This document shows, one piece after another, positions 37,579-47,700 of a stretch of DNA of 64,000 nucleotides. Below the pieces are notes generated by a model. It saw nothing but the letters and a program-made list of their open reading frames with translations, searched no databases and was not told the origin of the DNA. How positions within the stretch are numbered: position 1 is the first letter of the stretch; each line of letters begins with the position of its first letter. The stretch covers positions 1 through 64,000 of the IMG/VR virus record IMGVR_UViG_3300017911_000967; one strand, written 5' to 3'. The position numbers and the translations under genes were made by a program. The DNA comes from a virus (taxonomy: Duplodnaviria; Caudoviricetes).

Positions 37579-40500
37579 ATGTCAAGAAAAATCATTAATA
37601 CAGGAACGGGAGTTAACGACGGGTCGGGTGACACGCTTCGTACTGCCGGTGAAAAAATTAATGACAACTTCGCTGAGATCTATAGTCTTATAACAACCGA
37701 CAGCGGGATTACATTACAAGAGATAACTGACTTAATCAATTCGTCAGTCCAAACCTCTATTGATGATATTGATTTTAGTGAGATTGTTTCAAGTGTTGAT
37801 TTAATTGCAAACGTAGTTGCGCAACAAGGTCTTCACGATAATATCATTAATAGTTTAAACGCAGACGTACAAACCCTATTGGCTGGTGGTGGTGCAGTGG
37901 GACCACAAGGTCCTGTTGGTCCACAAGGTGGAGTTGGTCTTCAAGGTGGGGTTGGTCCTCAAGGTAGTCCAGGCGCACAGGGTTTCCAAGGTGTCCAAGG
38001 TAACCCAGGCGAGATGGGACCTCAAGGCGCCCAAGGTGCTCAAGGTTTTCAAGGTGTCCAAGGTAACGTTGGAGAAATGGGTCCACAGGGTGCACAAGGC
38101 GCTCAAGGTTTTCAGGGGGTCCAAGGTAACGTTGGTGAGATGGGACCACAAGGTGCACAGGGCGCTCAGGGTTTCCAAGGTGTTCAGGGCAACGTCGGTG
38201 AGATGGGACCGCAGGGCGCACAGGGTGCTCAAGGTTTTCAGGGGGTCCAAGGTAACGTCGGTGAGATGGGACCACAGGGTGCCCAAGGTGCGACTGGATT
38301 CCAAGGTGTGCAGGGCAACGTTGGAGAAATGGGTCCTCAAGGTGCACAGGGTGCAACCGGATTCCAAGGTGTTCAGGGCAACGTCGGTGAGATGGGTCCA
38401 CAAGGTGCACAAGGTCCTCAAGGTTTCCAAGGTGTTCAAGGTAATGTCGGTGAGATGGGTCCTCAAGGTGCCCAAGGTTCAACTGGTTTCCAAGGTGTTC
38501 AAGGTAACGTTGGTCCGTTAGGTCCTCAAGGTGCCCAAGGTTCAACTGGTTTCCAAGGTGTTCAAGGTAACGTTGGTCCGTTAGGTCCTCAAGGTGCACA
38601 AGGTCCTCAAGGTTTTCAAGGTGTTCAAGGTAACGTTGGTCCACTAGGTCCACAAGGATCTCAGGGCGCACAAGGTTTTCAGGGGACACAAGGCAATCCA
38701 GGCCCACTAGGTCCACAGGGATCTCAAGGTGCTCAGGGATTCCAAGGTCTTCAAGGTAACCCAGGCCCACTAGGTCCACAGGGATCTCAAGGTGCTCAGG
38801 GATTCCAAGGTCTTCAAGGTAACCCAGGCCCAAGAGGACCACAGGGACAACAAGGCGCAACAGGTAACAGAGGTGCGACGGGTAACGTTGGTGAAGTAGG
38901 ACCACAGGGTCCTCAAGGTTCTCAGGGTTTCCAAGGTGTCCAAGGTGAGGTCGGTGACAAAGGTCCACAGGGATCTCAGGGCGCACAAGGTTTCCAAGGT
39001 GTCCAAGGTGAGGTCGGTGACAAAGGTCCACAGGGATCTCAAGGTGCTCAAGGTTTTCAAGGTGTAACCGGAGAGGTTGGTGATAAAGGACCACAGGGTT
39101 CTACCGGACCGATGGGTTCACAAGGTGTAACTGGAGAGGTTGGTGATAAAGGACCACAGGGTTCCACTGGACCAACAGGTTTCCAAGGTATCACGGGTAA
39201 CCCAGGCCCACTAGGACCACAGGGCGCAACTGGTGCTACTGGTGAACGAGGATTGCAAGGCCAACCCGGCCCTGCGGGACCTCAAGGTGTAACTGGTGCT
39301 CAAGGTATTCAGGGACAGACCGGACCAGAAGGTCCAAGTGGTGCACCAGGCGATCCTGGCCCTCAAGGTCCAGCAGGAACTACTCCAGGCCCTCAAGGTC
39401 CAACGGGTAACACTGGAGAACCAGGCCCGCAAGGTCCAGCAGGAACTACGCCTGGCCCACAAGGACCTCAAGGTAATACGGGTGAACCTGGCCCACAAGG
39501 TCCACAGGGAAGACAAGGTGCAACTGGACCAGATGGTGTTCAGGGTGTTCAAGGTCCTCAAGGACAACAAGGTGTAACAGGATCTATTGGTGCGCAGGGT
39601 CCACAGGGACAACAGGGTCCTCAAGGTAGACAGGGCGCCACTGGTTTTGTTGGACCACAAGGTGCTATCGGAGATCAAGGTCCTCAAGGACGACAGGGTG
39701 CTACTGGTGTCGTTGGACCACAAGGCACTACTGGTGAAACGGGACCACAAGGTTTTCAAGGTTCTACGGGTCCAGTTGGTCCACAGGGTGTCACCGGAGA
39801 TCAAGGTCCGCAAGGTAGACAAGGCGCTACGGGTTCAGTCGGTCCACAAGGTGTTACCGGAGATCAAGGTCCTCAAGGACGACAGGGTGCTACGGGTCCA
39901 ATTGGACCACAAGGGGTTCAGGGACAACAGGGTCCTCAAGGCAGACAGGGTGCCACTGGTGTTCTAGGTCCACAGGGAACGCAAGGTCCCCAAGGACAAC
40001 AAGGTATTCAGGGACAGACAGGTAATGTTGGTCCACAAGGTGTTACCGGAGATCAGGGACCACAAGGTAGACAAGGCGCTACGGGTCCAGTCGGACCACA
40101 GGGGGTTCAAGGTCAACAAGGTCCGCAAGGTCGCCAAGGTGCGACAGGTAATGTGGGTCCGCAGGGTATCACTGGTGATCAAGGACCGCAGGGTCGCCAA
40201 GGCGCTACGGGTCCAGTCGGACCGCAAGGCATAACTGGTGACCAAGGTCCACAGGGAAGACAAGGCGCAACTGGTGTCGTTGGACCACAGGGTATCACTG
40301 GTGATCAAGGACCGCAGGGTCGCCAAGGCGCTACGGGTCCAGTCGGACCGCAAGGCATAACTGGTGACCAAGGTCCGCAGGGTCGTCAAGGTGCAACTGG
40401 TGTCGTTGGACCACAGGGTGTGACTGGTGATCAGGGTCCTCAAGGACGACAGGGTGCTACGGGTCCAGTCGGACCACAGGGGGTTCAAGGTCAACAAGGT

Positions 40501-41727
40501 CCACAGGGAAGACAAGGTGCAACTGGTGTCGTTGGACCACAAGGTGTGACTGGCGACCAAGGCCCACAAGGTAGACAAGGTGCGACAGGTAATGTTGGAC
40601 CACAGGGTGTCCAAGGACAACAGGGTCCACAGGGTCGCCAAGGTGCAACAGGTAATGTTGGACCACAAGGTGTTCAGGGACAACAGGGACCACAAGGCAG
40701 ACAAGGTGCAACAGGTAATGTTGGACCACAGGGCGTACAAGGACAACAAGGTCCTCAAGGAAGACAGGGGGCGACAGGTAATGTTGGTCCTCAAGGTGTT
40801 CAGGGACAACAGGGTCCACAGGGTCGCCAAGGTGCAACTGGTAATGTTGGTCCTCAAGGTGTCCAAGGTCAACAAGGACCACAAGGTAGACAAGGTGCAA
40901 CAGGTAATGTTGGACCACAAGGTGTCCAAGGTCAGCAAGGTCCTCAAGGAAGACAAGGTGCAACTGGTGTCACTGGTGCTCAAGGACAACAAGGTCAACA
41001 GGGTCCTCAAGGTAGACAGGGTGCCACTGGTGTCCAAGGTCAGCAGGGTCCACAAGGTAGACAGGGTGCCACTGGTGTCCAAGGTCAGCAGGGTCCACAA
41101 GGTAGACAGGGTGCCACTGGTGTCACTGGTGCACAAGGTGCTCAGGGACAACAGGGACCACAGGGTCGTCAAGGTGCAACTGGTGTCACTGGTGCTCAAG
41201 GTGCACAAGGTGCTCAGGGACAACAGGGACCACAGGGTCGTCAAGGTGCCACTGGACCAGATGGTGCGCAGGGACAACAGGGTCCTAGAGGTCGCCAAGG
41301 TAATCAAGGTCAACCAGGCCCAGACGGTCCTCAAGGTGCAACAGGTGTTGCGGGTGTAACTGGTCAACAGGGTCCAGTCGGTGGATTCGGTAACGCAGTA
41401 TTATTCAATACATCGACTTCGTTCCCATCGAATGTAAACGCAACAGCCTCCAGTGGAATTAAATCTTTCCGCACAGTTGATAAGATCTTTATCGGTGACG
41501 TTTGGTGGCACATCAATACGGGTCGAGTATTCAGATCAACATCAAATGTGACTGGGTCAGGAAACGCTAACTTCACAGAGTTGACTAACAACCAAGGATT
41601 TGTTGATATGAGTGGTCTCCTAAATACAGGGACATCACCTAATGAACGAATTGAGTTTTCGTCAACGTCTATAGACATTTATGATAACAGCAATAGTTTG
41701 AGGGTGAAGATCGGTAAGTTGAACTAA
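37579..41727 (+). CDS. giant collagen-like fibre protein with gp9/gp10-type N-terminal anchor motif
   Basis: IINTG...NDG.GDTLR.AG.KIN.NF.EIY; about 390 Gly-X-Y triplets; C-terminal LRVKIGKL. Confidence 0.88.
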   Translation: MSRKIINTGTGVNDGSGDTLRTAGEKINDNFAEIYSLITTDSGITLQEITDLINSSVQTSIDDIDFSEIVSSVDLIANVVAQQGLHDNIINSLNADVQTLLAGGGAVGPQGPVGPQGGVGLQGGVGPQGSPGAQGFQGVQGNPGEMGPQGAQGAQGFQGVQGNVGEMGPQGAQGAQGFQGVQGNVGEMGPQGAQGAQGFQGVQGNVGEMGPQGAQGAQGFQGVQGNVGEMGPQGAQGATGFQGVQGNVGEMGPQGAQGATGFQGVQGNVGEMGPQGAQGPQGFQGVQGNVGEMGPQGAQGSTGFQGVQGNVGPLGPQGAQGSTGFQGVQGNVGPLGPQGAQGPQGFQGVQGNVGPLGPQGSQGAQGFQGTQGNPGPLGPQGSQGAQGFQGLQGNPGPLGPQGSQGAQGFQGLQGNPGPRGPQGQQGATGNRGATGNVGEVGPQGPQGSQGFQGVQGEVGDKGPQGSQGAQGFQGVQGEVGDKGPQGSQGAQGFQGVTGEVGDKGPQGSTGPMGSQGVTGEVGDKGPQGSTGPTGFQGITGNPGPLGPQGATGATGERGLQGQPGPAGPQGVTGAQGIQGQTGPEGPSGAPGDPGPQGPAGTTPGPQGPTGNTGEPGPQGPAGTTPGPQGPQGNTGEPGPQGPQGRQGATGPDGVQGVQGPQGQQGVTGSIGAQGPQGQQGPQGRQGATGFVGPQGAIGDQGPQGRQGATGVVGPQGTTGETGPQGFQGSTGPVGPQGVTGDQGPQGRQGATGSVGPQGVTGDQGPQGRQGATGPIGPQGVQGQQGPQGRQGATGVLGPQGTQGPQGQQGIQGQTGNVGPQGVTGDQGPQGRQGATGPVGPQGVQGQQGPQGRQGATGNVGPQGITGDQGPQGRQGATGPVGPQGITGDQGPQGRQGATGVVGPQGITGDQGPQGRQGATGPVGPQGITGDQGPQGRQGATGVVGPQGVTGDQGPQGRQGATGPVGPQGVQGQQGPQGRQGATGVVGPQGVTGDQGPQGRQGATGNVGPQGVQGQQGPQGRQGATGNVGPQGVQGQQGPQGRQGATGNVGPQGVQGQQGPQGRQGATGNVGPQGVQGQQGPQGRQGATGNVGPQGVQGQQGPQGRQGATGNVGPQGVQGQQGPQGRQGATGVTGAQGQQGQQGPQGRQGATGVQGQQGPQGRQGATGVQGQQGPQGRQGATGVTGAQGAQGQQGPQGRQGATGVTGAQGAQGAQGQQGPQGRQGATGPDGAQGQQGPRGRQGNQGQPGPDGPQGATGVAGVTGQQGPVGGFGNAVLFNTSTSFPSNVNATASSGIKSFRTVDKIFIGDVWWHINTGRVFRSTSNVTGSGNANFTELTNNQGFVDMSGLLNTGTSPNERIEFSSTSIDIYDNSNSLRVKIGKLN
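37891..41397 (+). repeat. Gly-X-Y collagen repeat, 63-nt (7-triplet) superperiod
   Basis: [21 protein letters not shown] and [21 protein letters not shown] units. Confidence 0.92.
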
Positions 41728-41734
41728 TTGATAT

Positions 41735-41755
41735 CCCCCCCGCAAGGGGGGTTTA
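41735..41755 (+). terminator. GC hairpin / weak terminator after the collagen gene
   Basis: CCCCCC-GCAA-GGGGGG-TTT. Confidence 0.6.
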
Positions 41756-41769
41756 ACCATAGGTATATA

Positions 41770-42324
41770 ATGTTTACTATAATTGAAGATTTTTATTCTA
41801 ACCCAGATGCGGTTAGAGAATACGCCCTTAGTCAAGAGTTTAATGTTACAGGAAACTACCCAGGCCTCAGAACACAACCATGTTCTAATGAAGGTGGTTA
41901 TCACGAACATCTAATCGAACACTTCCAATCCATCATAGGGAAAGAGATAACCCACTTCCCTACTGATAATTACAATACCGCATTCCAGTATACAACACAA
42001 GACTCTCGAACGTGGATTCACCACGATGAGATGTCTTACGCCGCAGTCATATACTTAACTCCCGACGCTCCACTAGATTCTGGTACTGCGATCTATCGCC
42101 ATCGTCCCACTGGGATTATGCGACATGGTCCAGGCGTTGCAATTGACTTCAACGAGTTTGAGTTCTTAGAATCAGACTGGGAGATGGTCGCAGAGGCAAA
42201 GAACATTTATAATCGCATGGTCATCTATGACTCGATGTATTACCATCGCAGTGTAGTGCCCGGCTTTGGAACTGACCAATACAACGGTCGACTGTTCCAG
42301 ACATTCTTTTTTGATGCGGAGTAA
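41770..42324 (+). CDS. 2OG-Fe(II) oxygenase (DUF6445-like)
   Basis: IIEDFYSNPD.VR, YPG.R, WIHHD (HxD), YLTP, GT, YNR, YHRS, RLFQTFF. Confidence 0.8.
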   Translation: MFTIIEDFYSNPDAVREYALSQEFNVTGNYPGLRTQPCSNEGGYHEHLIEHFQSIIGKEITHFPTDNYNTAFQYTTQDSRTWIHHDEMSYAAVIYLTPDAPLDSGTAIYRHRPTGIMRHGPGVAIDFNEFEFLESDWEMVAEAKNIYNRMVIYDSMYYHRSVVPGFGTDQYNGRLFQTFFFDAE

Positions 42325-42326
42325 TT

Positions 42327-43205
42327 ATGAAACTATTGACAACCCTACTGACTTCTAATGACATTCCAAAGTTAGAGAGACTAATCAGATCTGTACAAAA
42401 CGTTGTGAAAATATATCCCATCGAATGGGAAGTGGTGATTGTGGTCAATACCATTCATGAAGGATATTACGAACAGGTACTTGAGATAGACCAACCATTT
42501 CGTATCGTCAACACAGAGAGTAATGGTAAGCCGGGAATGGGCAAGAATGCATGTCTCGAAGTTTTCTTACAGAGCGATGCGGACTATGTTTCTCAGATTG
42601 ACGGAGACGACTTCTTGTATCCTTCCTATCTCCAATCACTGTACAATCACATCAAACACTTCCCATGCATAGATGTCTTGGGTGTGATACCGTGCGACTG
42701 TATCTGTGACTACGCATTGCAGTCCGGTCACCGATGGTGGGTTAACGATGAATACCATGCGAGTGTGTGGGGAACTTCTATGTGCGCACCCGCCGATAAC
42801 ATGGGACCGCAGGTCAGTCATCTGTTTATAGATGAGAGACCAGTCTCCGTAGACTTCATCATTCTACAAAGCCGAAAGTCTGCGCAACATAGATTCAACA
42901 CAGATATAGGTAATGGTGAAGATCACGCATACACCTACAAACTTTTGGGAGAACACCAGAAAGGAAATCTCTGTTACTTCTTGTCAATGTCCAGCGACCT
43001 CTATTGTATCGACAGGACGACGGAGGGGAGCGCCCAGAAGGTTCACGACTATGACGAATACCTTGGACCTCTAAGAGAAGAGGCTTTGCGTCATGTCAGT
43101 CACCACAGAAGTAGTCCATATGAACTGCCTGTTATCTACAAAGAGTTATTGATGAATCACCTACAGAAAGAGACTTGGTTAAATAATTTTCTGAGAGACT
43201 CGTAG
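42327..43205 (+). CDS. GT2-like glycosyltransferase
   Basis: SNGKPG.GKN, DYVSQIDGDDFL, GED. Confidence 0.75.
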   Translation: MKLLTTLLTSNDIPKLERLIRSVQNVVKIYPIEWEVVIVVNTIHEGYYEQVLEIDQPFRIVNTESNGKPGMGKNACLEVFLQSDADYVSQIDGDDFLYPSYLQSLYNHIKHFPCIDVLGVIPCDCICDYALQSGHRWWVNDEYHASVWGTSMCAPADNMGPQVSHLFIDERPVSVDFIILQSRKSAQHRFNTDIGNGEDHAYTYKLLGEHQKGNLCYFLSMSSDLYCIDRTTEGSAQKVHDYDEYLGPLREEALRHVSHHRSSPYELPVIYKELLMNHLQKETWLNNFLRDS

Positions 43206-43211
43206 AATCGT

Positions 43212-43219
43212 TATAAATA
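43212..43219 (+). promoter_or_regulatory. late promoter
   Basis: TATAAATA upstream of gp8. Confidence 0.75.
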
Positions 43220-43250
43220 TGAAATATTATTTCTATTCAGGAAAGATGAA

Positions 43251-44741
43251 ATGCCAGCTATTGTTAGACAATCATTGCGAACCTCACTTGCGAAAGATCT
43301 TTTAGCGAGTGTCCTTGGTCCCGAGTCTGACTACTACATCGGTATCGGCAAGTCTGATATCTTTGGTACAGACGATACGGTTCCGGCACCTATAGATTCT
43401 TCAGCAGAAGAAAGAGAGTTCAGAAACAATCTACAGTCCATAAAGAAAGTCGAAGGCGCAGTAATGGTCACTCGCCGATACAACTGGACTAATGGTAACA
43501 AGTATCAGGGATGGGACGACAGTGTCTCACAAACAGGAAGTGAGTTTCCGTTTTATGTGATGAATGACGCAAAGGAAGTATACCTTTGTTTGTCACATGG
43601 TGTTGACGACACAGGAGCACACCAACCATCAACAGTAGAACCGAACTACTATACGGACGCAGAACTAGATGTAACTCTTTCACCACCAGAACCGATGCAG
43701 TGGAAACCATTTACTCTATCTGACGGTTACACGTGGAAGTACATGTTCTCTCTGACTCCTGAAAACATTTACACTTTCCTATCATCAAACCACATTCCAG
43801 TCCAACCTTTACAAGAGCCCGTAGACAGTAATGGGACGGGACTTATCTACGGTGACTCTATTGAAGATCTACAATGGCATGTCGCAGCTAATGCGGTCGG
43901 TGGTCAGATTATCAGTATTGTAGTCACCGATGGTGGAAGTGGATATAATCCAAATGTCCCACCAACTGTAAAGATTGAGGGTGATGGTACTGGAGCATCC
44001 GCAACCGCAGTCGTTGATCAAAATGGACAGGTCGTAAGAATTGATTTGGCATATCGCGATACTGTTGGGGATCTTGAGACTAGAAAGACCATCACATCAT
44101 ACGGATCAGGATATAGTCGTGCGGTAGTAACTATCGAAGGTGGTAATGGTGAAGGTGACGCAGATGCAAAAGCCCGTCCAGTCATTACAAGTTCTGTTGG
44201 TCTAGGTGCAGACGCTTCTTCTGATTTAAAAACAAGTTCAGTCCTAATGACGATCAAACCAAATGGAGATGAGAACAATAGGTTTATCTTAGAGAACTCG
44301 TTCCGACAGATTGGTATCCTCAAAGGTCCTAAGAAACAGGACGGACAACCTTACACCGGAGCCGGTGACAAGTGTCTATCATCATTCACTTTAAATAACA
44401 ATGCTCCGTTTGACCACGGAGAGTTAGTCGAGGCATCTTCACCATCGGGTGACAGTAACACTCTTGTACCAACTGGTGCGATCGCATACGTGGATGAGGT
44501 TAAAGACAAGACGGTTTATTATCACCAGAACATGACTACGGGATTTGTTCCTTTCAGTCCCAATCAAGCTGTCACTCAGTTGGGAACAGGCGACGCTGGT
44601 AAATCTGGAGTCATTGACTTCGTTACTGTCACTTACGGAATCGACCGATACACTGGTGAAGTATTATACATTGAGAACCATCCGCGTATTCGTCGCGATG
44701 CGGAACAACAAGAAGATATCAAAGTAGTCATCACGGTCTAG
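43251..44741 (+). CDS. 8: baseplate wedge protein gp8
   Basis: YIGIGK, R.NW..G..Y, FYVMN...VY.CL, DGYTWKYMF, FRQIGI, G..LYIEN..I.R...Q.EDIK. Confidence 0.88.
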   Translation: MPAIVRQSLRTSLAKDLLASVLGPESDYYIGIGKSDIFGTDDTVPAPIDSSAEEREFRNNLQSIKKVEGAVMVTRRYNWTNGNKYQGWDDSVSQTGSEFPFYVMNDAKEVYLCLSHGVDDTGAHQPSTVEPNYYTDAELDVTLSPPEPMQWKPFTLSDGYTWKYMFSLTPENIYTFLSSNHIPVQPLQEPVDSNGTGLIYGDSIEDLQWHVAANAVGGQIISIVVTDGGSGYNPNVPPTVKIEGDGTGASATAVVDQNGQVVRIDLAYRDTVGDLETRKTITSYGSGYSRAVVTIEGGNGEGDADAKARPVITSSVGLGADASSDLKTSSVLMTIKPNGDENNRFILENSFRQIGILKGPKKQDGQPYTGAGDKCLSSFTLNNNAPFDHGELVEASSPSGDSNTLVPTGAIAYVDEVKDKTVYYHQNMTTGFVPFSPNQAVTQLGTGDAGKSGVIDFVTVTYGIDRYTGEVLYIENHPRIRRDAEQQEDIKVVITV

Positions 44742-44749
44742 GATAAATT

Positions 44750-47700
44750 ATGACAACCGATAACAACATAGACAAACCACAACCAGTAACCGACACAACT
44801 TTCAAGACTGATTATCGTGACTACTACGATGAGAAAGATGGATATCATCGTGTCCTATTCAATGCTGGTCGTGCATTACAAGCCAGAGAACTGATTGAAC
44901 TACAGACAATAATTCAGGAAGAGATTTCTCGATTCGGTGGCAATGTATTTAAAGAAGGTGCGTTGGTAAAACCAGGCGGTGTCACTGTAGATAATAAAGT
45001 CGAGTTCGTTCGATTTACAGAAACTAGTGTAGTCCCATCGGACATTCAGGTACTCACTCATGATGAAAGTGGTATCAAGGCAAAGGTACTTTCGGTAGAT
45101 ACAGAATCCAAAACTGTCTACGTACAATATACTGACACTTTAAACGCAGGTGGTGGTGAGACTGCTCCAAGGTTCTCTGTAGGTGATCGTCTTGAGGCAG
45201 GACAGGTAGAAGCGTCGGGTCTTTCGACTTGGGCATACTTCGCCTCTGGTGATTACTTTGTTCAAGGACATTTCGTCCATGCGGTTGGTGGTGAACTAAT
45301 CATCGACCCAGAAGGTACCAGTTATCTGGACGCGGATGGTCGATCGATTCCCGTTGATATCGGTTTCAAGATTGAAGAAGTAATCTTCACAGAGGGTGAG
45401 GATCCAGATCTTTTTGATAATCAGGGCGAGTATCCTAACTCAACTTCTCCAGGCGCACACCGTTATAAAATCATATTAACACCATCCACTCGTGAACAAT
45501 CTGACGAAAATAATTTTGTCTTCGTCGCTCGTGTTCTTAATGGTGAGATCACACGCGAAGTAACTAGTCACGACGGATACAATCGTATCAACAAACTCCT
45601 TGCGCAACGTACCAAGGAAGAGTCTGGTGATTATGTTGTCCAAGATTTTACCGCAGTCTTCGAAGATAAGAATGATCAGGAACTAATACTAGATGTTTCT
45701 GAAGGTATCGCATACGTTGATGGATATCGACTAGACATCGGTCGTACAGAAATAACTGTACCTCGTGCACAGACTTCGAATAAAGTAGATCTGGAGAGTG
45801 TTCCAGCATCATACGGTAACTGGGTTTACCTAGACTTATCGGGTACTAATGGATTGGGAGACATCGCAAACTTCGGTAAACTTGATTTGATCGGTGCTGA
45901 TGGAGATCCAACCAATCCTATAGGTTCAACTTTCTTACGTGGTATTGAAAAAGATCAGTCCGGTTTTCGTGCATACATCTTCAACACAGTAACTAACACC
46001 GATGTATCTTTCAGTCAAGTTCACGAAATGGTCACTCCCGATGGATCGTCTGTATTAAAAGTAAGACGTGAATCAGATTCAGGAGCAACCATATACAGCA
46101 CTTCTGATAATAATCTTTTATTTCCGCTGTCACAATCAAGTCCAGTTGCCAATACTCTAAACAAGATATCTTATACCCAACAAGTAATTAAGTCGGGGGA
46201 GTCTCCGGAAGACGACGGAACAATATCTATTCTTGATGGCCGAGAAACTCAGAGTTGGATTCTATCTAAAGATGGAGTTGGTATTCAAGAAGGAGAAGAA
46301 TACGTCCCAACCTTGTCGGGAACTTATGAAAACCTTGATACGAACGCGACGTACAGCATCCTTTATTATCAAACAACAGAACCTAGTAATAAGAGTAAAA
46401 CTTTAAAAGACACTACTATAAATGTCACGAGTGGATACGATCTTATTTCATCTAATGTTGTCGATGGATATGAAGTTGAAAATGTATTCCTAACAGTTGG
46501 GGACCAATCTTCAGACATCACCTTCATGTATGAAATGGATAACGGTCAACGTGACAACTTCTATGACTTTGTTAGGTTTAAATTAAAGCCAGGTAATACT
46601 ATACCAACCGGCGCGACTGTCTCTGTTACATTTAAATACTTTGAACACTCCACCACTGGAGGTTTCTTCTCCGCAGCATCATATGGAACAGGAGCAGAAG
46701 GTCAACTTTCTTATGATGAGATACCAACATACACCATGTCTAACGGCAACACGGTATCTTTACGTGACGTTATAGATTTCCGTCCATCAAGAAACTCGGA
46801 TGGATCGTTCAAGGTGATGCCTTTACCCCAGAATGCATCTTCTCTTGTTCTAGATGATGTCGAATATTATCTACCTCGTATTGATGTCCTAGTGGCAAAT
46901 GTTGTCGATAGTTATGGGGATGTTGGTTTTGGTGAATTACAAGTATTGCAGGGACAACCATCCACGTCTCCTAGACCACCACAGATTCCTACAGGGTCTC
47001 TTCCTCTATACGTCTATCAACTTAATGCATACACCTTCGATTCAACAGATCTAACAAGTGAGAAACAATCTCACAAGAGATATACTATGAAGGATATCGC
47101 CAAGATCGAGAACAGATTGGAAGGTCTATATGAACTGACGACTCTAAGTTTACTAGAGTCTAGTACGCAGTCACTAGATGTGTTGGACGCACAAGGAAAC
47201 CCAAGAACCAAGGCTGGATTTATCGCGGACAACTTCTCCACGTTTAACTTCTCCGATGTGAATAATGTAGACTACCTTGCGTCAGTGGAAACAACAAACG
47301 GAGAGTTACAACCATCGTTCAGAGAGAATCTTGTTAGGTTAAAATATGATGAGTCTCAAGGCAATTCTTCTCGCACTGGTGACTATGCAACTCTGCCTTA
47401 CACACATGCTTCGTTTATAACGCAAGATGTTGCTACCAGCACCATGAACATCAACCCGTTCGCGGTTATCACGCAGGAAGGTCACATTACACTATCACCT
47501 TCAAGTGATGAGTGGGTGGAGACCCAAACACTGCCACCAATCATGCAGACAGTTGTACGTCGTACACCTAGAAACCCTCGCGATCTCCGCGCCGATGTAG
47601 GGTTCAACGACATGTGGAATGGTATTGCAAACTTCAATCGAAATATGTTGGCCGAACCAAACCTATTTGAAATACAACCTCTTGCTCGATCCGTCCAAGA

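Noticed and set aside
37847-41367. Long alternative-frame and antisense ORFs over the collagen gene (e.g. 415 aa, 467 aa)
   Set aside because: Shadows of the Gly-X-Y repeat, which lacks stops in other frames; no RBS or sensible composition
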